64,000 nucleotides of DNA from Antedon mediterranea (lineage: Eukaryota > Animalia > Echinodermata). The translations under genes and the position numbers were made by a program. The stretch spans positions 27,204,795 to 27,268,794 of the forward strand of contig NC_092670.1 of assembly GCF_964355755.1 (NCBI RefSeq). The letters run 5' to 3'. Below the pieces are notes generated by a model. The model was not told the origin of the DNA. It searched no databases and saw only the letters and a program-made list of their open reading frames with translations. Positions 13,901-28,900 of the stretch are shown here, one piece after another; positions within the stretch are counted from its first letter, which is position 1; each line of letters opens with the position of its first letter.

Positions 13901-16900
13901 CATTGTTGGATATGATCAGTGTAGTCATAATTTGATAACTGAGCACGCATCTTTTAATATCTACCTCATCAATAATTATAATTAATATCTTATATCACAT
14001 TGTTGGATATGATCAGTGTAGTCAGAATTTGATAACTGAGCACGCATCTGTCAATATCTACATCAACAATAATTATTATTAATAATCTATATCACATTGT
14101 TGGATATGATCAGTGTAGTTACAATTTGATAACTGAGCATGCACGCATCTTTTAATATCTACCTCATCAATAATTAGCATTGATATCATATATCAGATTG
14201 TTGGATATGATCAGTGTAGTCATAATTTGATAACTGAGCACGCATCTTTTAATATCTACCTCATCAATAATTATTTTTAATAATCTATATCACATTTTTC
14301 GATATAATCAGTGTAGTCAAAATTTGATAACTGAGCACGCATCTTTTAATATCTACCTCATCAATAATGATATAATCAGTGTAGTCAAAATTAGATAACT
14401 GAGCACGCATCTTTTAATATCTACCTCATCAATAATTATTACTAATAATCTATATCACATTGTTGGATATGATCAGTGTAGTCAGAATTTGAAAACTGAG
14501 CACGCATCTTTTAATATCTACCTCACCAATAATTATTATTAATATCATATATCATACTGTTAGATGTGATCAGTGTAGTCATAATTTGATAACTGAGCAC
14601 GCATCTTTAAATATCTAAATCATCAATATTTATTATTAATAATCTATATCACATTGTTGGATATGATCAGTGTAGTCAGAATTTGATAACTGAGCACGTG
14701 CCTTTTAATATCTAAATCATCAATAATTATTATTAATATCTTATATCACATTGTTGGATATAATCAGTGTAGTCATAATTTGATAACTGAGCACGCATCT
14801 TTAAATATCTACATCATCAATAATTATTATTAATAATCTATATCACAGTGTTGGATATGATCAGTGGAGTCAGAATTTGATAACTGAGCATGCTTTTTTT
14901 AATATCTACCTCATCAATAATTATTATTAATATCATATATCATACTGTTAGATGTGATCAGTGTAGTCATAATTTGATAACTGAGCACGCATCTTTAAAT
15001 ATCTAAATCATCAATAATTATTATTAATAATCTATATCACATTGTTGGATATGATCAGTGTAGTCAGAATTTTATAACTGAGCACGTGCCTTTTAATATC
15101 TAAATCATCAATAATTATTATTAATATCTTATATCACATTGTTGGATATAATCAGTGTAGTCATAATTTGATAACTGAGCACGCATCTTTAAATATGTAC
15201 ATCATCAATAATTATTATTAATAATCTATATCACAGTGTTGGATATGATCAGTGGAGTCAGAATTTGATAACTGAGCACGCTTCTTTTAATATCTACCTC
15301 ATCAATAATTATTATTAATATCTTATATCACATTGTTGGATATAATCAGTGTAGTCAGAATTTGATAACTGAGCACGCATCTTTTAATATCTACCTCATC
15401 AATAATTATTATTAATATCTTATATCACATTGTTGGATATGATCAGTGTAGTCATAATTTGATAACTGAGCACGCCTCTTTAAATATCTACATCATCAAT
15501 AATTATTAATAATAATCTATATCACATTTTTGGATATGATCAGTGTAGTAATAATTAGATAACTGAGCACGCATCTTTTAATATCTACCTCATCAATAAT
15601 TAATGTTAATAATCTATATCACATTGTTGGATATGATCAGTGTAGTCAGAATTTGATAACTGAGCACGCATCTTTAAATATCTACCTCATCAATAATTAT
15701 TATTAATAATCTATATCACATTGTTGGATATAATCAGTGTAGTCATAATTTGATAACTGAGCACGCATCTTTTAATATCTACCTCATCAATAATTATTAT
15801 TAACAATCTATAGCACATTGTTTGATATGATCAGTGTAGTCATAATTTGATAACTGAGCACGCATCTTTTAATATCTACCTCATCGGTAATTATTATTAA
15901 AAATCTATAGCACATTGTTTGATATGATCAGTGTAGTCATAATTTGATAACTGAGCACGCATCTTTAAATATCTACATCATCAATAATTATTAATAATAA
16001 TCTATATCACATTTTTGGATATGATCAGTGTAGTCAGAATTTGATAACTGAGCACGCATCTTTAAATATCCACCTCATCAATAATTATTATTAATATCAT
16101 ATATCACATTGTTCGATATGATCAGTGTAGTCAGAATTTGATAACTGAGCACGCATCTTTTAATATCTACCTCATCAATAATTATTATTAATATCTTATA
16201 TCACATTGTTGGATATGATCAATGTAGTCATAATTTGATAACTGAGCACGCATCTTTAAATATCTACCTCATCAATAATTATTATTAATAATCTATATCA
16301 CATTGTTGGATATAATCAGTGTAGTCATAATTTGATTACTGAGCACGGATCTTTTAATATCTACCTCATCAATAATTATTATTAATATCTTATATCACAT
16401 TGTTGGATATGATCAGTGTAGTCATAATTTGATAACTGAGCACGCATCTTTCAATATCTACATCATCAATAATTATTATTAATAATCTATGTCAAATTAT
16501 TGTTGGATATGATCAGTGTAGTCATAATTTGATAACTGAGCACGCATCCTTTAATATCTACCTCATCAATAATTATTATTAATAATCTATATCACATTGT
16601 TGGATATAATCAGTGTAGTCATAATTTGATAACTGAGCACGCATCTTTCAATATCTACATCAACAATAATTATTATTAATAATCTATATCACATTGTTGG
16701 ATATAATCAGTGTAGTCATAATTTGATAACTGAGCACTCATCTTTTAATATCTACCTCATCAATAATTATTATTAATATCTTATATCCCATTGTTGGATA
16801 TGATCAGTGTAGTCAGAATTTGATAACTGAGCACGCATCTTTCAATATCTACATCATCAATAATTATTATTAATAATCTATATCACGTTTTTGGATATGA

Positions 16901-19900
16901 TCAGTGTAGTCATAATTTGATAACTGATCACGCATCTGTCAATATCTACATCAACAATAATTTTTATTAATAATCTATATCACATTGTTGAATATGATCA
17001 GTGTAGTCATAATTTGATAACTGAGCACGCATCTTTTAATTTCTATTTCATCAATAATTATTATTAATATCTTATATCACATTGTTGGATATGATCAGTG
17101 TAGTCATAATTTGATAACTGAGCACGCATCTTTCAATATCTACATCAACAATAATTATTATTAATAATCTATATCACATTGTTGGATATGATCAGTGTAG
17201 TCATAATTTGATAACTGAGCACTCATCTTTTAATATCTACCTCATCAATAATTATTATTAATATCTTATATCACATTGTTGGATATGATCAGTGTAGTCA
17301 TAATTTGATAACTGAGCACGCATCTTTCAATATCTACATCATTAATAATTATTATTAATAATCTATGTCACATTGTTGGATATGATCAATGTAGTCAGAA
17401 TAACTGAGCACGCATCTGTCAATATCTACATCAACAATAATTATTATTAATAATCTATATCACATTGTTGGATATGATCTGTGAAGTCATAATTTGATAA
17501 CTGAGCACTCATCTTTTAATATCTACCTCATCAATAATTATTATTAATATCTTATATCACATTGTTGGATATGATCAGTGTAGTCAGAATTTGATAACTG
17601 AGCACGCATCTTTCAATATCTACATCATCAATAATTATTATTAATAATCTATATCACATTGTTGGATATGATCAGTGTAGTCATAATTCGATAACTGAGC
17701 ACGCATCTTTTAATATCTACAGTACCTCATCAATAATTATTTTTAATAATCTATATCACATTGTTCGATATAATCAGTGTAGTCAAAATTAGATAACTGA
17801 GCACGCATCTTTTAATATCTACCTCATCAATAATTATTACTAATAATCTATATCACATTGTTGGATATGATCAGTGTAGTCAGAATTTGAAAACTGAGCA
17901 CGCATCTTTTAATATCTACCTCACCAATAATTATTATTAATATCATATATCATACTGTTAGATGTGATCAGTGTAGTCATAATTTGATAACTGAGCACGC
18001 ATCTTTAAATATCTAAATCATCAATAATTATTATTAATAATCTATATCACATTGTTGGATATGATCAGTGTAGTCAGAATTTGATAACTGAGCACGTGCC
18101 TTTTAATATCTAAATCATCAATAATTATTATTAATATCTTATATCACATTGTTGGATATAATCAGTGTAGTCATAATTTGATAACTGAGCACGCATCTTT
18201 AAATATCTACATCATCAATAATTAATATTAATAATCTATATCACAGTGTTGGATATGATCAGTGGAGTCAGAATTTGATAACTGAGCATGCTTTTTTTAA
18301 TATCTACCTCATCAATAATTATTATTAATATCATATATCATACTGTTAGATGTGATCAGTGTAGTCATAATTTGATAACTGAGCACGCATCTTTAAATAT
18401 CTAAATCATCAATAATTATTATTAATAATCTATATCACATTGTTGGATATGATCAGTGTAGTCAGAATTTTATAACTGAGCACGTGCCTTTTAATATCTA
18501 AATCATCAATAATTATTATTAATATCTTATATCACATTGTTGGATATAATCAGTGTAGTCATAATTTGATAACTGAGCACGCATCTTTAAATATGTACAT
18601 CATCAATAATTATTATTAATAATCTATATCACAGTGTTGGATATGATCAGTGGAGTCAGAATTTGATAACTGAGCACGCTTCTTTTAATATCTACCTCAT
18701 CAATAATTATTATTAATATCTTATATCACATTGTTGGATATAATCAGTGTAGTCAGAATTTGATAACTGAGCACGCATCTTTTAATATCTACCTCATCAA
18801 TAATTATTATTAATATCTTATATCACATTGTTGGATATGATCAGTGTAGTCATAATTTGATAACTGAGCACGCCTCTTTAAATATCTACATCATCAATAA
18901 TTATTAATAATAATCTATATCACATTTTTGGATATGATCAGTGTAGTAATAATTAGATAACTGAGCACGCATCTTTTAATATCTACCTCATCAATAATTA
19001 ATGTTAATAATCTATATCACATTGTTGGATATGATCAGTGTAGTCAGAATTTGATAACTGAGCACGCATCTTTAAATATCTACCTCATCAATAATTATTA
19101 TTAATAATCTATATCACATTGTTGGATATAATCAGTGTAGTCATAATTTGATAACTGAGCACGCATCTTTTAATATCTACCTCATCAATAATTATTATTA
19201 ATAATCTATAGCACATTGTTTGATATGATCAGTGTAGTCATAATTTGATAACTGAGCACGCATCTTTTAATATCTACCTCATCGGTAATTATTATTAAAA
19301 ATCTATAGCACATTGTTTGATATGATCAGTGTAGTCATAATTTGATAACTGAGCACGCATCTTTAAATATCTACATCATCAATAATTATAAATAATAATC
19401 TATATCACATTTTTGGATATGATCAGTGTAGTCAGAATTTGATAACTGAGCACGCATCTTTAAATATCCACCTCATCAATAATTATTATTAATATCATAT
19501 ATCACATTGTTCGATATGATCAGTGTAGTCAGAATTTGATAACTGAGCACGCATCTTTTAATATCTACCTCATCAATAATTATTATTAATATCTTATATC
19601 ACATTGTTGGATATGATCAATGTAGTCATAATTTGATAACTGAGCACGCATCTTTAAATATCTACCTCATCAATAATTATTATTAATAATCTATATCACA
19701 TTGTTGGATATAATCAGTGTAGTCATAATTTGATTACTGAGCACGCATCTTTTAATATCTACCTCATCAATAATTATTATTAATATCTTATATCACATTG
19801 TTGGATATGATCAGTGTAGTCATAATTTGATAACTGAGCACGCATCTTTCAATATCTACATCATCAATAATTATTATTAATAATCTATGTCAAATTATTG

Positions 19901-22900
19901 TTGGATATGATCAGTGTAGTCATAATTTGATAACTGAGCACGCATCTTTTAATATCTACCTCATCAATAATTATTATTAATAATCTATATCACATTGTTG
20001 GATATAATCAGTGTAGTCATAATTTGATAACTGAGCACGCATCTTTCAATATCTACATCAACAATAATTATTATTAATAATCTATATCACATTGTTGGAT
20101 ATAATCAGTGTAGTCATAATTTGATAACTGAGCACTCATCTTTTAATATCTACCTCATCAATAATTATTATTAATATCTTATATCCCATTGTTGGATATG
20201 ATCAGTGTAGTCAGAATTTGATAACTGAGCACGCATCTTTCAATATCTACATCATCAATAATTATTATTAATAATCTATATCACGTTTTTGGATATGATC
20301 AGTGTAGTCATAATTTGATAACTGATCACGCATCTGTCAATATCTACATCAACAATAATTTTTATTAATAATCTATATCACATTGTTGAATATGATCAGT
20401 GTAGTCATAATTTGATAACTGAGCACGCATCTTTTAATATCTATTTCATCAATAATTATTATTAATATCTTATATCACATTGTTGGATATGATCAGTGTA
20501 GTCATAATTTGATAACTGAGCACGCATCTTTCAATATCTACATCAACAATAATTATTATTAATAATCTATATCACATTGTTGGATATGATCAGTGTAGTC
20601 ATAATTTGATAACTGAGCACTCATCTTTTAATATCTACCTCATCAATAATTATTATTAATATCTTATATCACATTGTTGGATATGATCAGTGTAGTCATA
20701 ATTTGATAACTGAGCACGCATCTTTCAATATCTACATCATTAATAATTATTATTAATAATCTATGTCACATTGTTGGATATGATCAGTGTAGTCATAATT
20801 TGATAACTGAGCACGCATCTTTTAATATCTACCTCATCAATAATTATTATTAATATCTTATATCACATTGTTGGATATGATCAATGTAGTCAGAATTTGA
20901 TAACTGAGCACGCATCTGTCAATATCTACATCAACAATAATTATTATTAATAATCTATATCACATTGTTGGATATGATCTGTGTAGTCATAATTTGATAA
21001 CTGAGCACTCATCTTTTAATATCTACCTCATCAATAATTATTATTAATATCTTATATCACATTGTTGGATATGATCAGTGTAGTCAGAATTTGATAACTG
21101 AGCACGCATCTTTCAATATCTACATCATCAATAATTATTAATAATAATCTATATCACATTGTTGGATATGATCAGTGTAGTCATAATTCGATAACTGAGC
21201 ACGCATCTTTTAATATCTACAGTACCTCATCAATAATTATTTTTAATAATCTATATCACATTGTTCGATATAATCAGTGTAGTCAAAATTAGATAACTGA
21301 GCACGCATCTTTTAATATCTACCTCATCAATAATTATTACTAATAATCTATATCACATTGTTGGATATGATCAGTGTAGTCAGAATTTGAAAACTGAGCA
21401 CGCATCTTTTAATATCTACCTCACCAATAATTATTATTAATATCATATATCATACTGTTAGATGTGATCAGTGTAGTCATAATTTGATAACTGAGCACGC
21501 ATCTTTAAATATCTAAATCATCAATAATTATTATTAATAATCTATATCACATTGTTGGATATGATCAGTGTAGTCAGAATTTGATAACTGAGCACGTGCC
21601 TTTTAATATCTAAATCATCAATAATTATTATTAATATCTTATATCACATTGTTGGATATAATCAGTGTAGTCATAATTTGATAACTGAGCACGCATCTTT
21701 AAATATCTACATCATCAATAATTATTATTAATAATCTATATCACAGTGTTGGATATGATCAGTGGAGTCAGAATTTGATAACTGAGCATGCTTTTTTTAA
21801 TATCTACCTCATCAATAATTATTATTAATATCTTATATCACATTGTTGGATATAATCAGTGTAGTCAGAATTTGATAACTGAGCACGCATCTTTTAATAT
21901 CTACCTCATCAATAATTATTATTAATATCTTATATCACATTGTTGGATATGATCAGTGTAGTCATAATTTGATAACTGAGCACGCCTCTTTAAATATCTA
22001 CATCATCAATAATTATTAATAATAATCTATATCACATTTTTGGATATGATCAGTGTAGTATTAATTTGATAACTGAGCACGCATCTTTTAATATCTACCT
22101 CATCAATAATTAATGTTAATAATCTATATCACATTGTTGGATATGATCAGTGTAGTCAGAATTTGATAACTGAGCACGCATCTTTAAATATCTACCTCAT
22201 CAATAATTATTATTAATAATCTATATCACATTGTTGGATATAATCAGTGTAGTCATAATTTGATAACTGAGCACGCATCTTTTAATATCTACCTCATCAA
22301 TAATTATTATTAATAATCTATAGCACATTGTTTGATATGATCAGTGTAGTCATAATTTGATAACTGAGCACGCATCATTTAATATCTACCTCATCGGTAA
22401 TTATTATTAAAAATCTATAGCACATTGTTTGATATGATCAGTGTAGTCATAATTTGATAACTGAGCACGCATCTTTAAATATCTACATCATCAATAATTA
22501 TTAATAATAATCTATATCACATTTTTGGATATGATCAGTGTAGTCAGAATTTGATAACTGAGCACGCATCTTTAAATATCCACCTCATCAATAATTATTA
22601 TTAATATCATATATCACATTGTTCGATATGATCAGTGTAGTCAGAATTTGATAACTGAGCACACATCTTTTAATATCTACCTCATCAATAATTATTATTA
22701 ATATCTTTTATCACATTGTTGGATATGATCAGTGTAGTCAGAATTTGATAACTGAGCACGCATCTGTCAATATCTACATCAACAATAATTATTATTAATA
22801 ATCTATATCACATTGTTGGATATGATCAGTGTTGTCATAATTTGATAACTGAGCACTCATCTTTTAATATCTACCTCATCAATAATTATTATTAATATCT

Positions 22901-25900
22901 TATATCACATTGTTGGATATGATCAGTGTAGTCAGAATTTGATAACTGAGCACGCATCTTTCAATATCTACATCATCAATAATTATTATTAATAATCTAT
23001 ATCACATTGTTGGATATGATCAGTGTAGTGATAATTCGATAACTGAGCACGCATCTTTTAATATCTACCTCATCAATAATTATTTTTAATAATCTATATC
23101 ACATTGTTCGATATAATCAGTGTAGTCAAAATTAGATAACTGAGCACGCATCTTTTAAAATCTACCTCATCAATAATTATTACTAATAATCTATATCACA
23201 TTGTTGGATATGATCAGTGTAGTCAGAATTTGAAAACTGAGCACGCATCTTTTAATATCTACCTCACCAATAATTATTATTAATATCATATATCATACTG
23301 TTAGATGTGATCAGTGTAGTCATAATTTGATAACTGAGCACGCATCTTTAAATATCTAAATCATCAATAATTATTATTAATAATCTATATCACATTGTTG
23401 GATATGATCAGTGTAGTCAGAATTTGATAACTGAGCACGTGCCTTTTAATATCTAAATCATCAATAATTATTATTAATATCTTATATCACATTGTTGGAT
23501 ATAATCAGTGTAGTCATAATTTGATAACTGAGCACGCATCTTTAAATATCTACATCATCAATAATTATTATTTATAATCTATATCACAGTGTTGGATATG
23601 ATCAGTGGAGTCAGAATTTGATAACTGAGCACGCTTCTTTTAATATCTACCTCATCAATAATTATTATTAATATCTTATATCACATTGTTGGATATAATC
23701 AGTGTAGTCAGAATTTGATAACTGAGCACGCATCTTTTAATATCTACCTCATCAATAATTATTATTAATATCTTATATCACATTGTTGGATATGATCAGT
23801 GTAGTCATAATTTGATAACTGAGCACGCCTCTTTAAATATCTACATCATCAATAATTATTAATAATAATCTATATCACATTTTGGATATGATCAGTGTAG
23901 TAATAATTTGATAACTGAGCACGCATCTTTTAATATCTACCTCATCAATAATTAATGTTAATAATCTATATCACATTGTTGGATATGATCAGTGTAGTCA
24001 GAATTTGATAACTGAGCACGCATCTTTAAATATCTACCTCATCAATAATTATTATTAATAATCTATATCACATTGTTGGATATAATCAGTGTAGTCATAA
24101 TTTGATAACTGAGCACGCATCTTTTAATATCTACCTCATCAATAATTATTATTAATAATCTATAGCACATTGTTTGATATGATCAGTGTAGTCATAATTT
24201 GATAACTGAGCACGCATCTTTTAATATCTACCTCATCGGTAATTATTATTAACAATCTATAGCACATTGTTTGATATGATCAGTGTAGTCATAATTTGAT
24301 AACTGAGCACGCATCTTTAAATATCTACATCATCAATAATTATTAATAATAATCTATATCACATTTTTGGATATGATCAGTGTAGTCAGAATTTGATAAC
24401 TGAGCACGTATCTTTAAATATCCACCTCATCAATAATTATTATTAATATCATATATCACATTGTTCGATATGATCAGTGTAGTCAGAATTTGATAACTGA
24501 GCACGCATCTTTTAATATCTACCTCATCAATAATTATTATTAATATCATAAATCATACTGTTAGATGTGATCAGTGTAGTCATAATTTGATAACTGAGCA
24601 CGCATCTTTAAATATCTAAATCATCAATAATTATTATTAATAATCTATATCACATTGTTGGATATGATCAGTGTAGTCAGAATTTTATAACTGAGCACGT
24701 GCCTTTTAATATCTAAATCATCAATAATTATTATTAATATCTTATATCACATTGTTGGATATAATCAGTGTAGTCATAATTTGATAACTGAGCACGCATC
24801 TTTAAATATGTACATCATCAATAATTATTATTAATAATCTATATCACAGTGTTGGATATGATCAGTGGAGTCAGAATTTGATAACTGAGCACGCTTCTTT
24901 TAATATCTACCTCATCAATAATTATTATTAATATCTTATATCACATTGTTGGATATAATCAGTGTAGTCAGAATTTGATAACTGAGCACGCATCTTTTAA
25001 TATCTACCTCATCAATAATTATTATTAATATCTTATATCACATTGTTGGATATGATCAGTGTAGTCATAATTTGATAACTGAGCACGCCTCTTTAAATAT
25101 CTACATCATCAATAATTATTAATAATAATCTATATCACATTTTTGGATATGATCAGTGTAGTAATAATTTGATAACTGAGCACGCATCTTTTAATATCTA
25201 CCTCATCAATAATTAATGTTAATAATCTATATCACATTGTTGGATATGATCAGTGTAGTCAGAATTTGATAACTGAGCACGCATCTTTAAATATCTACCT
25301 CATCAATAATTATTATTAATAATCTATATCACATTGTTGGATATAATCAGTGTAGTCAGAATTTGATAACTGAGCACGCATCTTTTAATATCTACCTCAT
25401 CAATAATTATTATTAATAATCTATAGCACATTGTTTGATATGATCAGTGTAGTCATAATTTGATAACTGAGCACGCATCTTTTAATATCTACCTCATCGG
25501 TAATTATTATTAAAAATCTATAGCACATTGTTTGATATGATCAGTGTAGTCATAATTTGATAACTGAGCACGCATCTTTAAATATCTACATCATCAATAA
25601 TTATTAATAATAATCTATATCACATTTTTGGATATGATCAGTGTAGTCAGAATTTGATAACTGAGTACGCATCTTTAAATATCCACCTCATCAATAATTA
25701 TTATTAATATCATATATCACATTGTTCGATATGATCAGTGTAGTCAGAATTTGATAACTGAGCACGCATCTTTTAATATCTACCTCATCAATAATTATTA
25801 TTAATATCTTATATCACATTGTTGGATATTATCAATGTAGTCATAATTTGATAACTGAGCACGCATCTTTAAATATCTACCTCATCAATAATTATTATTA

Positions 25901-28900
25901 ATAATCTATATCACATTGTTGGATATAATCAGTGTAGTCATAATTTGATTACTGAGCACGCATCTTTTAATATCTACCTCATCAATAATTATTATTAATA
26001 TCTTATATCACATTGTTGGATATGATCAGTGTAGTCATAATTTGATAACTGAGCACGCATCTTTCAATATCTACATCATCAATAATTATTATTAATAATC
26101 TATGTCATATTATTGTTGGATATGATCAGTGTAGTCATAATTTGATAACTGAGCACGCATCTTTTAATATCTACCTCATCAATAATTATTATTAATAATC
26201 TATATCACATTGTTGGATATAATCAGTGTAGTCATAATTTGATAACTGAGCACGTATCTTTCAATATCTACATCAACAATAATTATTATTAATATCATAT
26301 ATCACATTGTTCGATATGATCAGTGTAGTCAGAATTTGATAACTGAGCACGCATCTTTTAATATCTACCTCATCAATAATTATTATTAATATCATATATC
26401 ATACTGTTAGATGTGATCAGTGTAGTCATAATTTGATAACTGAGCACGCATCTTTAAATATCTAAATCATCAATAATTATTATTAATAATCTATATCACA
26501 TTGTTGGATATGATCAGTGTAGTCAGAATTTTATAACTGAGCACGTGCCTTTTAATATCTAAATCATCAATAATTATTATTAATATCTTATATCACATTG
26601 TTGGATATAATCAGTGTAGTCATAATTTGATAACTGAGCACGCATCTTTAAATATGTACATCATCAATAATTATTATTAATAATCTATATCACAGTGTTG
26701 GATATGATCAGTGGAGTCAGAATTTGATAACTGAGCACGCTTCTTTTAATATCTACCTCATCAATAATTATTATTAATATCTTATATCACATTGTTGGAT
26801 ATAATCAGTGTAGTCAGAATTTGATAACTGAGCACGCATCTTTTAATATCTACCTCATCAATAATTATTATTAATATCTTATATCACATTGTTGGATATG
26901 ATCAGTGTAGTCATAATTTGATAACTGAGCACGCCTCTTTAAATATCTACATCATCAATAATTATTAATAATAATCTATATCACATTTTTGGATATGATC
27001 AGTGTAGTAATAATTTGATAACTGAGCACGCATCTTTTAATATCTACCTCATCAATAATTAATGTTAATAATCTATATCACATTGTTGGATATGATCAGT
27101 GTAGTCAGAATTTGATAACTGAGCACGCATCTTTAAATATCTACCTCATCAATAATTATTATTAATAATCTATATCACATTGTTGGATATAATCAGTGTA
27201 GTCAGAATTTGATAACTGAGCACGCATCTTTTAATATCTACCTCATCAATAATTATTATTAATAATCTATATCACATTGTTTGATATGATCAGTGTAGTC
27301 ATAATTTGATAACTGAGCACGCATCTTTTAATATCTACCTCATCGGTAATTATTATTAAAAATCTATAGCACATTGTTTGATATGATCAGTGTAGTCATA
27401 ATTTGATAACTGAGCACGCATCTTTAAATATCTACATCATCAATAATTATTAATAATAATCTATATCACATTTTTGGATATGATCAGTGTAGTCAGAATT
27501 TGATAACTGAGTACGCCTCTTTAAATATCCACCTCATCAATAATTATTATTAATATCATATATCACATTGTTCGATATGATCAGTGTAGTCAGAATTTGA
27601 TAACTGAGCACGCATCTTTTAATATCTACCTCATCAATAATTATTATTAATATCTTATATCACATTGTTGGATATTATCAATGTAGTCATAATTTGATAA
27701 CTGAGCACGCATCTTTAAATATCTACCTCATCAATAATTATTATTAATAATCTATATCACATTGTTGGATATAATCAGTGTAGTCATAATTTGATTACTG
27801 AGCACGCATCTTTTAATATCTACCTCATCAATAATTATTATTAATATCTTATATCACATTGTTGGATATGATCAGTGTAGTCATAATTTGATAACTGAGC
27901 ACGCATCTTTCAATATCTACATCATCAATAATTATTATTAATAATCTATGTCATATTATTGTTGGATATGATCAGTGTAGTCATAATTTGATAACTGAGC
28001 ACGCATCTTTTAATATCTACCTCATCAATAATTATTATTAATAATCTATATCACATTGTTGGATATAATCAGTGTAGTCATAATTTGATAACTGAGCACG
28101 TATCTTTCAATATCTACATCAACAATAATTATTATTAATAATCTATATCACATTGTTGGATATAATCAGTGTAGTCATAATTTGATAACTGAGCACTCAT
28201 CTTTTAATATCTACCTCATCAATAATTATTATTAATATCTTATATCCCATTGTTGGATATGATCAGTGTAGTCAGAATTTGATAACTGAGCACGCATCTT
28301 TCAATATCTACATCATCAATAATTATTATTAATAATCTATATCACGTTGTTGGATATGATCAGTGTAGTAATAATTTGATAACTGATCACGCATCTGTCA
28401 ATATCTACATCAACAATAATTTTTATTAATAATCTATATCACATTGTTGAATATGATCAGTGTAGTCATAATTTGATAACTGAGCACGCATCTTTTAATA
28501 TCTATTTCATCAATAATTATTATTAATATCTTATATCACATTGTTGGATATGATCAGTGTAGTCATAATTTGATAACTGAGCACGCATCTTTCAATATCT
28601 ACATCAACAATAATTATTATTAATAATCTATATCACATTGTTGGATATGATCAGTGTAGTCATAATTTGATAACTGAGCACTCATCTTTTAATATCTACC
28701 TCATCAATAATTATTATTAATATCTTATATCACATTGTTGGATATGATCAGTGTAGTCATAATTTGATAACTGAGCACGCATCTTTCAATATCTACATCA
28801 TTAATAATTATTATTAATAATCTATGTCACATTGTTGGATATGATCAGTGTAGTCATAATTTGATAACTGAGCACGCATCTTTTAATATCTACCTCATCA